A DNA stretch of 64,000 bases from Hemiscyllium ocellatum. Its lineage: Eukaryota. Below, piece by piece: positions 23,956 through 36,600 of this stretch; the first letter of the stretch is position 1, and each line of letters begins with the position of its first letter. The stretch covers positions 49,586,999-49,650,998 of the forward strand of contig NC_083424.1 in NCBI RefSeq assembly GCF_020745735.1, read 5' to 3'. The notes below the pieces were generated by a model. The model did no database searches. It had not been told where the DNA came from and saw only the letters and a program-made list of their open reading frames with translations. The translations under genes and the position numbers were made by a program.

Positions 23956-25420
23956 CTGTTTAAAATAAATTAGGTTCATGTGAGTTAAAGGACTGCATTT
24001 TTCAAACAGGAGATTTATTCTAAGATAATGCAATTTAAATTATGTCAATCACGGAATGTAATGAATAGTTCACTTAATTTTGCATGCATTTAAATGTACT
24101 ATTTAATCCAAGAAGGACTGAATAGGAGAGACCGCTTTGTTTGCGTCTAACGAAATCATGTTGATCTTTAATGGCAGGCTGGAGCGTGGCAATGGATCTG
24201 ACGAAGTCGAGAGAGAAGCTACGTTTGTTTCATTTTGTAACTGTATCCCTTGAAAAACAGAAGGAACACCATAGTATAGCTGCTGATAACACTTCATACA
24301 GTTGCCATGGCTCTACAATGAGATACCAAGGTGCCCGCCACCTTTAGAAATACGATTGATAATTTGAAAAGTTAACATATGTTAAAGTTGTGTTGATTCG
24401 TTAACGTGAAGAAATTGTAATCAGTTTTATTACAAGTGGATCGATCAATTATTACTAACGTAAAATAGTTGATTAACAGTTCACTCTCATCTCGTCTTGA
24501 TAGCCAGTGACATTTCCATCACAGTATAACTCCACTATCGATATTTGATGGTTATCATTGCCCGAAAACAGAAGGATTCCAGCCATGTACTTAAGATGGA
24601 GCCAAGAGCAGGGCAATGGGAGAATAACGCAATTCCTGATTCCCCAAAACTGATCGGTCATTTAAATGCAGTTTCCAACACACTCTCCACACTCGACATT
24701 ACCCCATACAAAGCAGTCCATTCGACTGGCACCCCATCCTCTCCATGAAACATGTGCAAGATGCACTGCAGCAACTCACCAAGGCTCTGACAAATATACC
24801 TTCCAAATTCTAAAACTCTACTAACTGGAACGATATGGAAAGCAGGTGTATGGGGATACCACCACCTGCAAATTCTCAAAAGCATATCCCACCCTGTAAT
24901 GGAACTATATTGCCGCTACTTCACTGGAGCTGTATTTAACACCAGGCATGCCCTCCCTTTACATCAGCTCTACCCCCTCCACAGCGTACACGTGCTGTGA
25001 AAGAATGGGGCGCATAAGAAGTCATAACAGACTTATCATCAGGAAAGTGTAAACAGGCTGCGCTGTTTAAACATTAGCGATTGTTTTACTCTGTCACCAA
25101 TGCCAAAATCTCACCAATGCGCGCCCGTGCTGCTTGAATGGGAGATTTATGCAGCTGCATCTCATCGAGCAAGGATTACCTCGCAGAGATACTGTGGGAA
25201 GCCATGTCTATTATTTCAGTCAATTAAATATTCCCAATTACATTAATGCTGCATAGATTTTGTTTCGGATTCGGACTTCTCTGATCACTGACATCGAAAT
25301 CACCAGCCGCTGAGATCAGGAACAATCGGGGAAAGAACAGGAAATCTCTGTCGGTAGTGCACATTCTCATTGGAAATCACACAACACCAGGTGTGATTAC
25401 AACAGGTTTAATTGGGAGCA

Positions 25421-25455
25421 CACAAGCTTTCAGAGCGACGCTCCGTCATCAGGTG
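25421..25455 (-). ncRNA. Minimal hammerhead-like motif, J-C intron of cluster 2
   Basis: cac-CUGAUGA-c-ggagc-guc-gcucu-GAAA-GC-UU-gug; core intact, G-U closing pair in stem II. Confidence 0.5.
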
Positions 25456-26737
25456 ATTGTCGCTCCGAAATCTAGTGTGTTTCCAATTAAACCTATTGGA
25501 CTATAACCTGGTTTTGTGTGATTTTTAACTGTGTACATCCCAGTCCAAAACCGGCATCTCCAAATCATTCTCATTGGACTATTTAACGATATCAAGAATC
25601 CAAGGACAATATAACGAGATGGTCGTGCATCTGACTTCATGCTCATTTTCCGTTTAACAAGACGCTACTAGTTCAGAGTTTCACCAGGTTTTGTTGATTG
25701 CAATTAACGCCAGCGAATGCGCCGCTAATTTCATTGCAATTCGCATCCGCATCTTCAGGGAAGCAGTCGTGCCTTATTTGTTGGTCGCTTTGAGAATTGA
25801 GTTTTCCATTTGGTCCGCCAATTAGACAACACGTAACAAACGGCGGGAGTGTGGCGCTGGAAAAGCAAAGCCGCTCAGGCAGCATCTGAGGAGAAGGAGA
25901 ATCGACGTTTGGGGCATAAGCCTTTCATCAGGAATGATGAGGGGCTTACACCCGAAACGTCGATTCTCCAGCTGGCCTCATTCCTGATGAAGGTCTTTTG
26001 CAGAAGCACACTCTCGACTCCTATCTACAACACCTGCAGTCCACGCTTTGTCGATCAATTCAAGCAGTTGGCGTTGGACACCATCATTTACTTATGGAAA
26101 TCATTACTATATAGTTTAGTATTAAAGGATCTGGATACGAAATAATTTAAGGCAACCACGCCACAGCCCGAGGGTCCATTTCTTGTGTCCGCCGACGAGA
26201 ATCGCGGAACAGAAAAAAAGTGCCCTAAATATTTCACTAAAAATAGCAAAGGATCCTGGAGATCTGAAACAAAAACAGAAATTCCTGGAGAAACGTAGCA
26301 GGTCTGGCATCATCTTTGGAGAGAAAGCAAAGTTAACGTTTGTCGTCCAGTTCTAATGAAGGGTCACCGAACTGGAAACGTCAACTCTGCTTTCTCCCCT
26401 CACACGCTACTAGACCTGCTGGGAGTTTCTCTAGCAATTTCTGCTTTTTTGTTTCTTAAACACTTTCCCGTCCACTGGCACAGAGACGATGGCGCCAATT
26501 GTTCTTCTGGCCGCTGTGAAGCCGCTCAGCACAGAACAAACAGCAGAAAGCCTTATATACCTGCAAGATTCAGTTCTTAACCAGTCAATGTGCAGCTCCA
26601 GATAATTTGGAAAGAATTTATATTCCCTTGTGAACAGAATGTTACAACTGTAGCAGATTAAAAAGTAGACATTCATAGTATTTTGCTCTTAAACGGAATC
26701 AACTTTTGAACTCTACGGGAAAAGGGGTTTTACTCAC

Positions 26738-27085
26738 TGCCAACACTCAGCTTGGTGCCTGTGCCGAAGTAGTAGATGTAGTTATTCCACATGGCACAGT
26801 AATAGTCCGCGGCGTCTCCCGATTCAACTCTGCTGATACTTAACGTTCCTGTGTTGCCGGAGACAGAGCCCGAAAACCGGTCTGGAACACCTGAGGCTCT
26901 GTTCGTGCTGCTGCCAGCGTAGTGATAAAGCAGATACCGATGAGCACTTCCAGATTTCTGCTGATACCAACTAATGGCGGTGCTTCCTAAGGAGGCGCCC
27001 GACAAGGTGCATGTAATCTGGACGGTCCCTCCGAGGGAAGTCGATTTTGAAGGCGGTTGGTTTACTGTAATCTCTGCGCTCGACA
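26738..27085 (-). CDS. IGLV: Germline-joined VJ exon, cluster 2 (open, both cysteines present)
   Basis: 348 nt between ccag| and |GTGAGT; EITVNQPPSKSTSLGGTVQITC...WYQQ...YYCAMWNNYIYYFGTGTKLSVG; the FGxG J motif is contiguous with V and there is no RSS. Confidence 0.95.
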
Positions 27086-27226
27086 CTGGAGGAAAAAAAT
27101 ATCAAAAATCTTACTGCTGTGTACTTTGATCAAAGCCTGAAAGTATTGAATATATACACATTTGAATGAGCACCCCAATCTTCGCAAAATTGATTTCACA
27201 ATGAATTTAAATGTGTGAACACCCAC

Positions 27227-27275
27227 CTGCAACGCAAAAACAGAAAGCAACAGTAACACGTGCCCAGTCAAACAT
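27227..27275 (-). CDS. IgL leader exon, cluster 2 (MFDWARVTVAFCFCVA+G)
   Basis: 49 nt, ATG at 27275, donor GTGGGT at 27221-27226. Confidence 0.9.
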
Positions 27276-27350
27276 GGTGAAAGGTTTAACCAGGCTGAGA
27301 TGCAGTGAGAGCTGTTTAACCAGATGTACTCAGTACCTGAAAGGTTCACT

Positions 27351-27403
27351 CTTTTAATAAGATCGGACACCAAGAAGGTGTTGCCCTTTGCTGTTATGCA
27401 AAT
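27351..27403 (-). promoter_or_regulatory. IgL promoter, cluster 2: octamer (27396-27403) and TATA-like box (27351-27360)
   Basis: atgcaaat on plus strand, i.e. ATTTGCAT on the coding strand. Confidence 0.85.
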
Positions 27404-30255
27404 TAATATTTTCATTTCACCCAATCAGTCTCTGAAACCCAAAGACAATCTCAGAATCCCTTCAACATGCATCAAATACAAGAAAGGTTATAGAAAAGCA
27501 AGATGCAGCGGCAGCGGAAATTCCAAGATTAAACAGAAAATATTTAATGCAGGAAATATCGTGGAGCGAGCAAATGGTTCCACATTTCATTTCGTCACAA
27601 TTGTATAGAAGCTAAAATCAACTTGCTAACAGCCTTACCACTCTCCCAGCGTGTGCTCCGTGCATTCTACATTGCTAAATTGGACTTGAATCTTCGAAAC
27701 AAGCAACAATAAAAGATGTCAGAAACAGACTTAACGTTTCTAGTCCAGAGATTTCTTCAGTTCCGAAGAATGTAAAACGATATCTCTGTTATTTTTCTCC
27801 ACAGGTGTTGTCAGACCTGCTGTGCTTCTCCAGTGCTATCTGATTTTTTTATGATTTCCAGCATCCGCAGCATTCTGTGTTTATATAAAAGATACCATTT
27901 AGCTCCTGAAGTGTGCACCACCTCTTTGACACATCCACCCAACACCCAAATGTCGCAGTGTTCAGGGAAAAGTGATGGGGTCCAGTCCGCTCAGTGTTGG
28001 CTCCGGCTCCATAAACGGGACAATTAGTCACTGGGAAGGACAGTTATACTCAAACACAAATACTTCCTGAACTAGTATCTCCAGAATTTTCCGTTACTTC
28101 TCTGAATTTCAACATCCTCTGCATTTTGATTTTGTAATACTTGCGTTTTTTAACACCTTAGTTGCAGTTACTGTCCGTTGGAGAAAATTTGTAATTTTGT
28201 TTTAGTTTCAAAGACTGATTGGTTGAGTTGAAAACATCCATTAATGTTAATGTTAACACTGAGATCCATATATATTGTTAAGGAAATGTATTAAAGGTTA
28301 CAGGCCAAAGTCAGGAATATGGCGCAGGCCCACATATCAAGCATATCACATTAAATTGCGGAACAGGGTCGAGTGCCTGAATGGTCTACTCCTGTCCCTA
28401 TGTTCCATAGTTTCTCCATTGGTCAGTCATGACACCAAGACAGGCTGTGAAAAGAAATCAGACGAATAGGTGACAGATGGGGTTGAAGAACTGGCGCCAA
28501 ATTCCGATAAAGTTGAATAATCCAAATGCGGGCGTTTTGTGCAACTCACGTGATTTCCACGGCAGGTTGAATTATTAATGAAATTCCAATCATGTCTCAC
28601 ACAGCAAGGACGGTGAGAACGAACTTTTGGTGAGAACGATTGGCGAGTTAATACGCGGTCAGTAACGCAGCAGATGGAGGATTCATGGTCCATGGATCCA
28701 AAAGGAGCCTGTGAATAAGTATGCAATTACATTGCATTTACTAACTCTGCTGTCGCCTCTTCATCAAAGCATGCGATGATTACTGTTGCCTCCCTCTTGC
28801 TGAGTTTAACATCTGTCATCGCAAATACTTGAACGTTTTTTAAGTTGGGGATAAAACTTTATTCAACTTCACTTTGCAAGTTTGACAAAAAACTGCGAAA
28901 CTTTTCTTCAGTTACTGATGAAATAACGCACCAGGAAGAGGTTGCCTCTTTCTTTCCACAGGAAACTGCAAGGCCTGTTGAATGTTTGCAGCATGTTTTT
29001 ATTCCGAAGGTTAAATTAGTTGAAACTAAGATTCAAGTACTTTGCAGTCTTATCTCTTCATGTTTATTCAAGGTATATTGTTGTAAATAGTTGTAAAAGT
29101 GTATAAAGCCACTTCCTTCTGAAAGAAAATAATGTAACAAGTAAAATGTGCTTTTTCCCCACAGTTTTCAGTAATTAAGTGAAATTTCAGGAAATTTCAG
29201 TTTTAAGTCATTTGCATTATTGGAAGGATTTTCATTTGATAGCATGACACAATTTCTTATCTAAAACATGTTCTGAGATTTCAAATTGTGATTTATACGG
29301 GATGTTCATTCCCTCACTTACTACGTCAAAACTTGAGCATTGATTTATTTGCCTCCTATACTAGCGTCACTTAACCTTCGGTCAAGTGTTCACAGAAGGA
29401 CGATCTTATACCTCTGTTGGTTCTTCCTTTATCATCAAGATTTGATGCGATAACCCAGGTAAAGCTGTTGCAGCACACTACAACGACCTTAGCTCCGCGC
29501 TCAAGGGGATGCTTGAGGACATTCTCAAAATAGCTCAAACACCTCAAAAGGCTTTTCACTATCATAGCGAATCTTGCAACAGTCGGCTCGATGAATACAT
29601 GGGCCTGGTACAGTATTAAATTCTCCTGTTTCGTTTTCTTAGTTCCAAAACGTTCAGTAGGGCCTAAAGTTTCTCGTAAATTTTGCAGCCCTTTTCTCGG
29701 CGGCCCTCCCTATATATGCTGTGCAAGCCTGGGGTGGACAAAGCTAAAAAACATACAACGCCAGGCTATATCCAACAGGTTTATTTGGAAGCACTAGCTT
29801 TCGGAGTGTTGCTACCTGATGAATAAGCAGCGCTCGGAAAACTGGTGCTACCAAATAAACCTGTTGGACTATAACCTGATGTTGCGTGATTTTTAACTTT
29901 GTCTTCCCTAAATATGAGTAGATTGTATATAAATTGTTTTGGCCTGATTCGGCACTGGGTCTTCAGTGATTTGTACAACGCATCAATGGCGTTATTCGAT
30001 TGAAAATAATAACGTATCCACTTTTGCAGATAATACAAATCCAAACGTGAATGCAGAAAGCTTGGAGGCAGAGGGCACAAACAGGCTGAAAATACATAAA
30101 GAGGGTTTAACTGAATCCTAATAAGCTCAATGTGGACAAATATGAAGCAGTCACTTGTCAAAATTAATAACAAAGCAGAATATTTATAACCTATATGAAA
30201 ATTCGAAATGTTAATGCCATAAAGTTTTCAGTGTACTAATATGGGGCATACAGAA

Positions 30256-30484
30256 GAAATCTACAAGGAGGAAGTGAGGTCTGGAGATGCTGGAGATCAG
30301 AGCTGAAAATGTGTTGCTGGAAAAGCGCAGCAGCTCAGGCAGCATCCAAGGAACAGGAGATTCGACGTTTCGGGCATGAGCCCTTCTTCAGGAATGGAGA
30401 AAGGCTTATGCCCGAAATGTCGAATGTCCTGTTCCTTGGATGCTGCCTGACCTGTTGCGCTTTTCCAGCAACACATTTTCAGCT
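30256..30484. mobile_element. 229-bp palindromic PLE-derived element (ACGU family), B units only, 9-bp TSD CATACAGAA; copy at about 60892-61120
   Basis: TSD at 30247-30255 and 30485-30493; empty site in A units (15786, 46119). Confidence 0.85.
30360..30395 (-). ncRNA. Minimal hammerhead-like motif
   Basis: auuc-CUGAAGA-a-gggc-ucau-gccc-GAAA-CG-UC-gaau; 4-bp stem I, 4-bp stem II, GUC cleavage triplet. Confidence 0.6.
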
Positions 30485-31972
30485 CATACAGAAATAATTA
30501 CCAGCAAACAATTTGCAACGCAAGTGGTTTGGAGAGTAAGAAAAAGTCACTCTCGCTCTAATTGCATGAGAGTAGTCTATGGGTGTGGGAGAAGCTGGTC
30601 GGGTGATACATTGCATGGCTTGGGCTTCATATTTATAGAAGGATATCATTGCGTTACAGCTGCTACAGGGAAGGGTCATGTGATAATTTTCTGGAGACAC
30701 AGGGTCGGCCTAAGTTGTGAGGCTGAGAACATTGCGTCCATATTTTCAGGAGATCTGTGCAAATTCTGAAGGGCCTTGAGCTGCTAAACACTGAAAATGC
30801 GAAGTCTGGTATCTTTCAACCAGAAATCGGACATCAAAGTCTCAATTCAAAGTGAAACAAATGACTTTATTTTGTCATCAACACCTTTTTGAAAAACAAT
30901 GAAGACTAAACTACTGTAAAACATTTGCAAAGGCGCTGATTTGTGGTATGTTGAAATATTAAACGTTTACCACTTCATTGATTATTTGCATGTTGCTATA
31001 GAATTGTTGCACAATTAACAATGACTGCAATTTATGTGGAACAGAATCAATAAGCATGATCTGAACTTGCAATTAACTATGAATAAAGAGGCAATCGGAA
31101 GGTAGAGGGGAAATCATTCTGCTGCCAGTGCCCGTGGGCTGTTACCACAATGAGGGCAAGTGAGCAGATGTGGGGGATGTAAAGGCCTGAAGTCTCTTTG
31201 CATCTTTCTCGCATCCATGACCTGCTCTCTCCTGCTCCCGCAGGTCATGCTCAGCAGCAGGTAATCCGGCGCCGGGTCGCTGCGGGACTAAATTGCAACC
31301 GCTGTCATTTCAGCGACTCTCTCATGCACATGAACGCATTCTAAACTTGCTGGCAGAGAAGACACAAGCACTTGTGTCTATCGAGGCTGAATGCAACATT
31401 CTGATTAAAGACGGCCTGCGATGTTTCCAGCCCTAAAACATTTAACTCTTTTTGGAACAAATTAGGCTTTCCCCAAAGCATCTGTTACTTTCTGCAATAG
31501 GTTATCACTGTCTCATTCTTAAAACGTGTGCATCTGCGGCTCTAACTTCTTGACATGCATCTGACGTGACCTATGTGTTGATGAATAACGTGAAACGTGT
31601 ACTTCCAAATTAGTAGGGGTATCGCTGTCTGTTATTGCGAGCGACAGACAAAGGGAGCGCCCCCTGCTGCTCCCTTTCATGATGTCTCGGTTCCTCCTTC
31701 AAAACACTTCCATATGACGTTGTGGAAAACCCACGGTTCTGTTGCAGGAACAACAGTCCATTGTAGACACTAAGCAGCTGCCGCTGCTGAAATACTGCCG
31801 TCACTAATTGATATCCCCATTGATCCCGTGGACTGCTCAGAGAATTGCATTTATAATTATTAGATATAACTAATTTTCTTGTTGATACGTAATTCCCTCT
31901 ATCAGTTCGTGACATCTTCCCTGTACTTAGAGCCATACATCACGGAAACAGACCTTTCGGCTGAAAAAGTCC

Positions 31973-33693
31973 CTCATCTTCACCATGGATATCCAATCCC
32001 TCTACACTTCCATCCGGCACGACCAGGGCGTCCAAGCCCTCCGTTTTTTCCTCTCCAGACGTCCCCAACAGTACCCTTCCACCGACACTCTCATTCGTTT
32101 GGCCGAACTGGTCCTCGCCCTTAACAATTTCTCCTTTGAATCCTCCCACTTCCTCCAGACCAAATGGGTAGCCATGGGCACACGTATGGGCCCCAGCTAT
32201 GCCTGTCTCTTTGTTGGCTACGTAGAACAGTTTATCTTCTGCAATTACACCGGCACCACTCCCCACCTCTTCCTCCATTACATTGATGATTACATTGGCG
32301 CCACCTCGTGCTCCCGCGAGGAGGTTGAGCAATTACTCAACTTCACCAACACATTCCACCCTGACCTTAAATTTACCTGGACCATCTCTGACACCTCCCT
32401 CCCCTTCCTGGACCTCTCCATCTCCATTAATGATGACCGACTTTACACGGACATTTCTTACAAACCCACCGACTCCCACAGCTACCTGGATTACACCTCT
32501 TCCCACCCTATCTCTTGCAAAAATGCCATCCCGTATTCCCAATTCCTCCGCCTCCACCGTATCTGCTCCCAGGAGGACCTGTTCCACCATAGAACACACC
32601 AGATGGCCTCCTAGAGACCGCAATTTCCCTTCCCACGTGGTTAAAGATGCCCTCAAGTGCATCTCGTCCACATCCCGCACCCCCGCCCTCAGACCACACC
32701 CCTCCAACCGTAAGAAGGACAGAACGCCCCTAGTGCTCACCTTCCACCCTACCAACCTTCGCATCAACCAAATCATCCACCGACATTTCCGCCACCTCCA
32801 AAATGACCCCACCACCAGGGATATATTTCCCTCCCCACCCCTTTCCGCCTTCCGCACAGATCGTTCCCTCCGTGACTACCTGGTCAGGTCCACGCCCCCC
32901 TATGACCCACCCTCCCATCCTGGCACTTTCCCCTGCAACCGCAGGAACTGTAAAACCTGTGCTCATACCTCCTCCCTCACCACTATCCAAGGCCCTAAAG
33001 CAGCCTTCCACATCCATCAAAGTTTTACCTGCACATCCACTAATATCATTTATTGTATCCGTTGCTCCCGATGTGGTCTCCTCTACATTGGGGAGACTGG
33101 GCGCCTCCTAGAAGAGCGCTTTAGGGAACATCTCCGAGATACCCGCACCAATCAACCACACCGCCCCGTGGCCCAACATTTCAACTCCCCCTCCCACTCT
33201 GCCGAGGACATGGAGGTCCTGGGCCTCCTTCACCACCGCTCAATCACCACCAGACGCCTGGAGGAAGAACTCCTCATCTTCCGCCTCAGAACACTTCAAC
33301 CCCAAGGCATCAATGTGGAGTTCAACAGCTTCCTCATTTCCCCTTCCCCCACCTCATCCTAGTTTCAAACTTCCAGTTCAGCACTGTCCCCATGACTTGT
33401 CCGGACTTGTCCAAACGGCTTTTCTTCTTTGCCACCTATCCACTCCACCCTCTCCTCCCTGACCTATCACCTTCATCTCCTCCCCCACTTTCCCATGCTA
33501 CTCTCTCCCCACCCCACCCTACTCCAGCATATCTCTCCATGCTTCCAGCTCACTGCCTTTATTCCTGATGAAGGGCTTTTGCCCGAAACGTCGATTTCGC
33601 TGCTCGTTGGATGCTGCCTGAACTGCTTTGCTCTTCCAGCACCACTGATCCAGAATCTGGTTTCCAGCATCTGCAGTCATTGTTTTTACCTAC
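31973..33693 (+). mobile_element. 5'-truncated Penelope-like element (RT + GIY-YIG endonuclease + pLTR) with 12-bp TSD
   Basis: RT MDIQSLYTSI...MGTRMGPSYA...YIDD (31985-32614); linker CNRRNCKTC; GIY-YIG IIYCIRC..CGLLYIGETG...RF.EH...GIN (ends 33362); a 5-bp deletion near 32611 shifts the frame; TSD CTGAAAAAGTCC at 31961-31972 and 33694-33705; empty site at 17459. Confidence 0.95.
33561..33596 (+). ncRNA. pLTR hammerhead-like motif of the PLE
   Basis: CUGAUGA (33565-33571)-a-gggc-uuuu-gccc-GAAA-CG-UC; minimal hammerheads are an established feature of PLE termini. Confidence 0.6.
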
Positions 33694-36600
33694 CTGAAAA
33701 AGTCCATGCCGAATGTAATTCCAAATTAAACTCGTCCCACTTGACTACGATTGGTTCATATACCACAAAGCATTTCCTATTTATTTGCGTATCCACATGT
33801 CTTTTATATTTTGGAATTGTACCCACATGTACCATGTCCTTTGGAAGTTCATTCCACACTTGAACGACACAGTTATCCCGAGTGTCTTTTTTGATTCTTT
33901 ATCTCCTCAACTTCGACACATGCCTCCTAGACTTGAAATTCCCGACCATTGGGCCAATACACCTGCCATTCACCTTTTCTATGCCCCTCATGATTTTATA
34001 TCTCTCTATAGGGTCACCTCTCAACCTCCTACATACCAATGAGAAACGTCTCAGCCTGTCCAGCCTCTTCCTGGAACTTAAACTCTCCATCCCTGACAAA
34101 ATTCTGGTAAATCTCTTCTTAACCCTCTCCAGTTTAATGATAGCATACTTATAACAGGGCGATCAGAACTGTAGACAGCACGCCAGAAACGGCCTCACCA
34201 ATGTACTACAAACCTCAACATGATGTCTCAACTCCCATACTCAAAGCTCTGAAGAATAAAGGCAAACGTCCTAATCGCATTCTTAACCACCCTGTCTGAA
34301 TGTGACGCACACTTCAACCAATTATTCCCTAGCCTATCTATCCTACAACAATAGCCAAGGTCCTACTTTTACTTGTATAAGTCCTGTCTTTGTTTTACCA
34401 AAATACAATACTTCGCATTTATCCAAATTAAAAACCATCTGCCAACTCCTGAGCTCATTGGCCTAATTCGTCAAGGTTTCTTTGCAATCATAGATAACCT
34501 TTTTTGTACACTATACTGTTCATTTTCATGTCATCCACAAACTTACTAATCATGCCTTTTATGTCCTGATTTAATTCATTCATATAAGTGACAGACAAAA
34601 GTGGATCCAGGACCGAACCCTGCAGAACACCGTTTGTAACAGGCCTCCAGTTCGAAAAACAACCCTGCACCCTCACTCTCTGTCTCCTACTGTAAAGGTA
34701 ATTTTGTACCCAATTGGCAAGCTGACCCTGAATCCCATGTGTTCTGATTTAATTAATTAGTCTACACTGCAGAACCTTATCGAAGGCTTTGAAAATTTCA
34801 AGTAAATATCTTAACATTAGATGGAGCACTAGTTGGGAATCTGGAAAAGCGCCGCCTCTCCCTGTCAGGTCTGGTAATTCAAGAATGGTTTCCATGTCGG
34901 CCACCCGGGTGGGACTTCATTCTAAGACGTGGGAAAACCGTGGCAATCCGGTCGGGATGTGGGGTGGGGCGGTGGGGAGGGGGGAATAATGTCTATGGTT
35001 TCAGTATCTCTGCATTGGGAATTCTCACCCAGATCTGTGTGAATGCACTCAAGCAAAGAGCATGCTGTTGGGTCAAGCTCTGCTGTTTGTTTTACGCTCA
35101 GACAATAATAGAAACCCTGTGGAACTATGTGCAGTAAACCTTCAGGTGAAATCCGATTAGAGGTGAAGTGATCTGAAACCAGGCTGGTGTTCCCGGATTT
35201 GGACGAATGAGCCGCTCAATTCCTCAATGAAATTCAATAGCCACAAATCCCATTTTAGCCCTCCATAAGTCCCAACCAATCGGAATCTTTTTGGTATTTC
35301 GTTTCTGAGGGGATGTGGCTTGGGGGAAGGTAGCTGGGAGGTGGTCAGAGGTGCGGGTGATGGTGATAGCCGGGCAGGTCATGAGGGCTGTGCTGAGCTG
35401 GAAGGTTGGAACTTCCCACCTATCCGCTCCACCCTCCCCTCCGACCTATCACCTTTACCCCCATCTCCGTCCGCCAATTGCACACCCAGCTACCTTCACC
35501 CATCCCTCTTCCATTTATCTCTCCATTCCCGAGGCTTCCCGCCTCATTCCTGATGGCGGGCTCCGGCCCAAAAAGTGGATTTTCATGCTCTTTGCATGCT
35601 TCCTGACCTGCTGTGCTTTTCCAGTAACACACTCCAACTCTGATCTCCAGCATCTGCAGACTTCAATGTCTCCCTGCTAGTCTGGATGACCATCTACCGA
35701 ACTGATCAGTTTTAAACACCTGGATTCCCTTCCGAGCTTCTAACGACAAGGCAGCATAAACCACAAACTTCACCCTGTCACCCTCAAAAGACCATCTGAC
35801 AACCATGCTGTCTGGGCCGAGTGTTTGGTCTGCCCAGTGGAAAACTACAGCTCAGTCAAAGAGCATTCAACTGAGATTCTGCGCCATTGACCCTCCAGAG
35901 TAAAAAAGAACGAAGATTAAAATCTTGATGACTGCACATCTTGCTCTTGATTGCATTTCATAGGATCACTCCCGCTATTTGCTGCTGGGTCAACTTTACA
36001 GATAACAGTAAGACGGATCAATTTTATTCAATGAGGTACATCCACAGGAACGTTTAAACTGTCAACTTTTAAATATGGAGTCATAGAATCATAAAGTACA
36101 GAAGATACCAACTGAACCATCGAGTCTCTGCACCTCATTTGAAGTGTGAAGAAAACAAAATTCATATACAAACCCTGTCAAAATGCCATAGTCATTCAGT
36201 GGCTCTGATGGAGCACATTGGCTCAATCATTTAAAATAAGAAAAAGATTCACATTGCCTGAATAAATTACATACAGATTTAGTGGCAGATCAAATGAATT
36301 GCTAGGAATGCGCTTTCCTTGGACAGGTAAAAACAATGAGTGCAGATTTTGGAAACCAGATTCTGGATTAGTGGTGCTGGAAGAGCACAGCAGTTCAGGC
36401 AGCATCCGATGAGCAGTAAAATCGACGTTTCAGGCAAAAGCCCTTCATCAGGAATACAGGCAGAGAGCCTGAAGGATGGAGAGAGAAGTGAGAGGAGGGC
36501 GTTGGTGGGGAGAAAGTAGGATAGAGTACAATAGGTGAGTGGGGGAGTAGATGAAGGTGATAGATCGGGGGCGGGTGGAGTCAATAGGTGGAAAAGAAGA

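Noticed and set aside
26730-26740. Read-through ORF ending KLSVGSE* suggesting a secreted V-only chain (all four clusters)
   Set aside because: The SE* is simply the splice donor GTGAGTAA read in frame; I see no nearby intronic poly(A) signal to support a separate product.
23633-27275. All five coding differences between clusters 2 and 4 are nonsynonymous
   Set aside because: Too few changes; compatible with neutral expectation.
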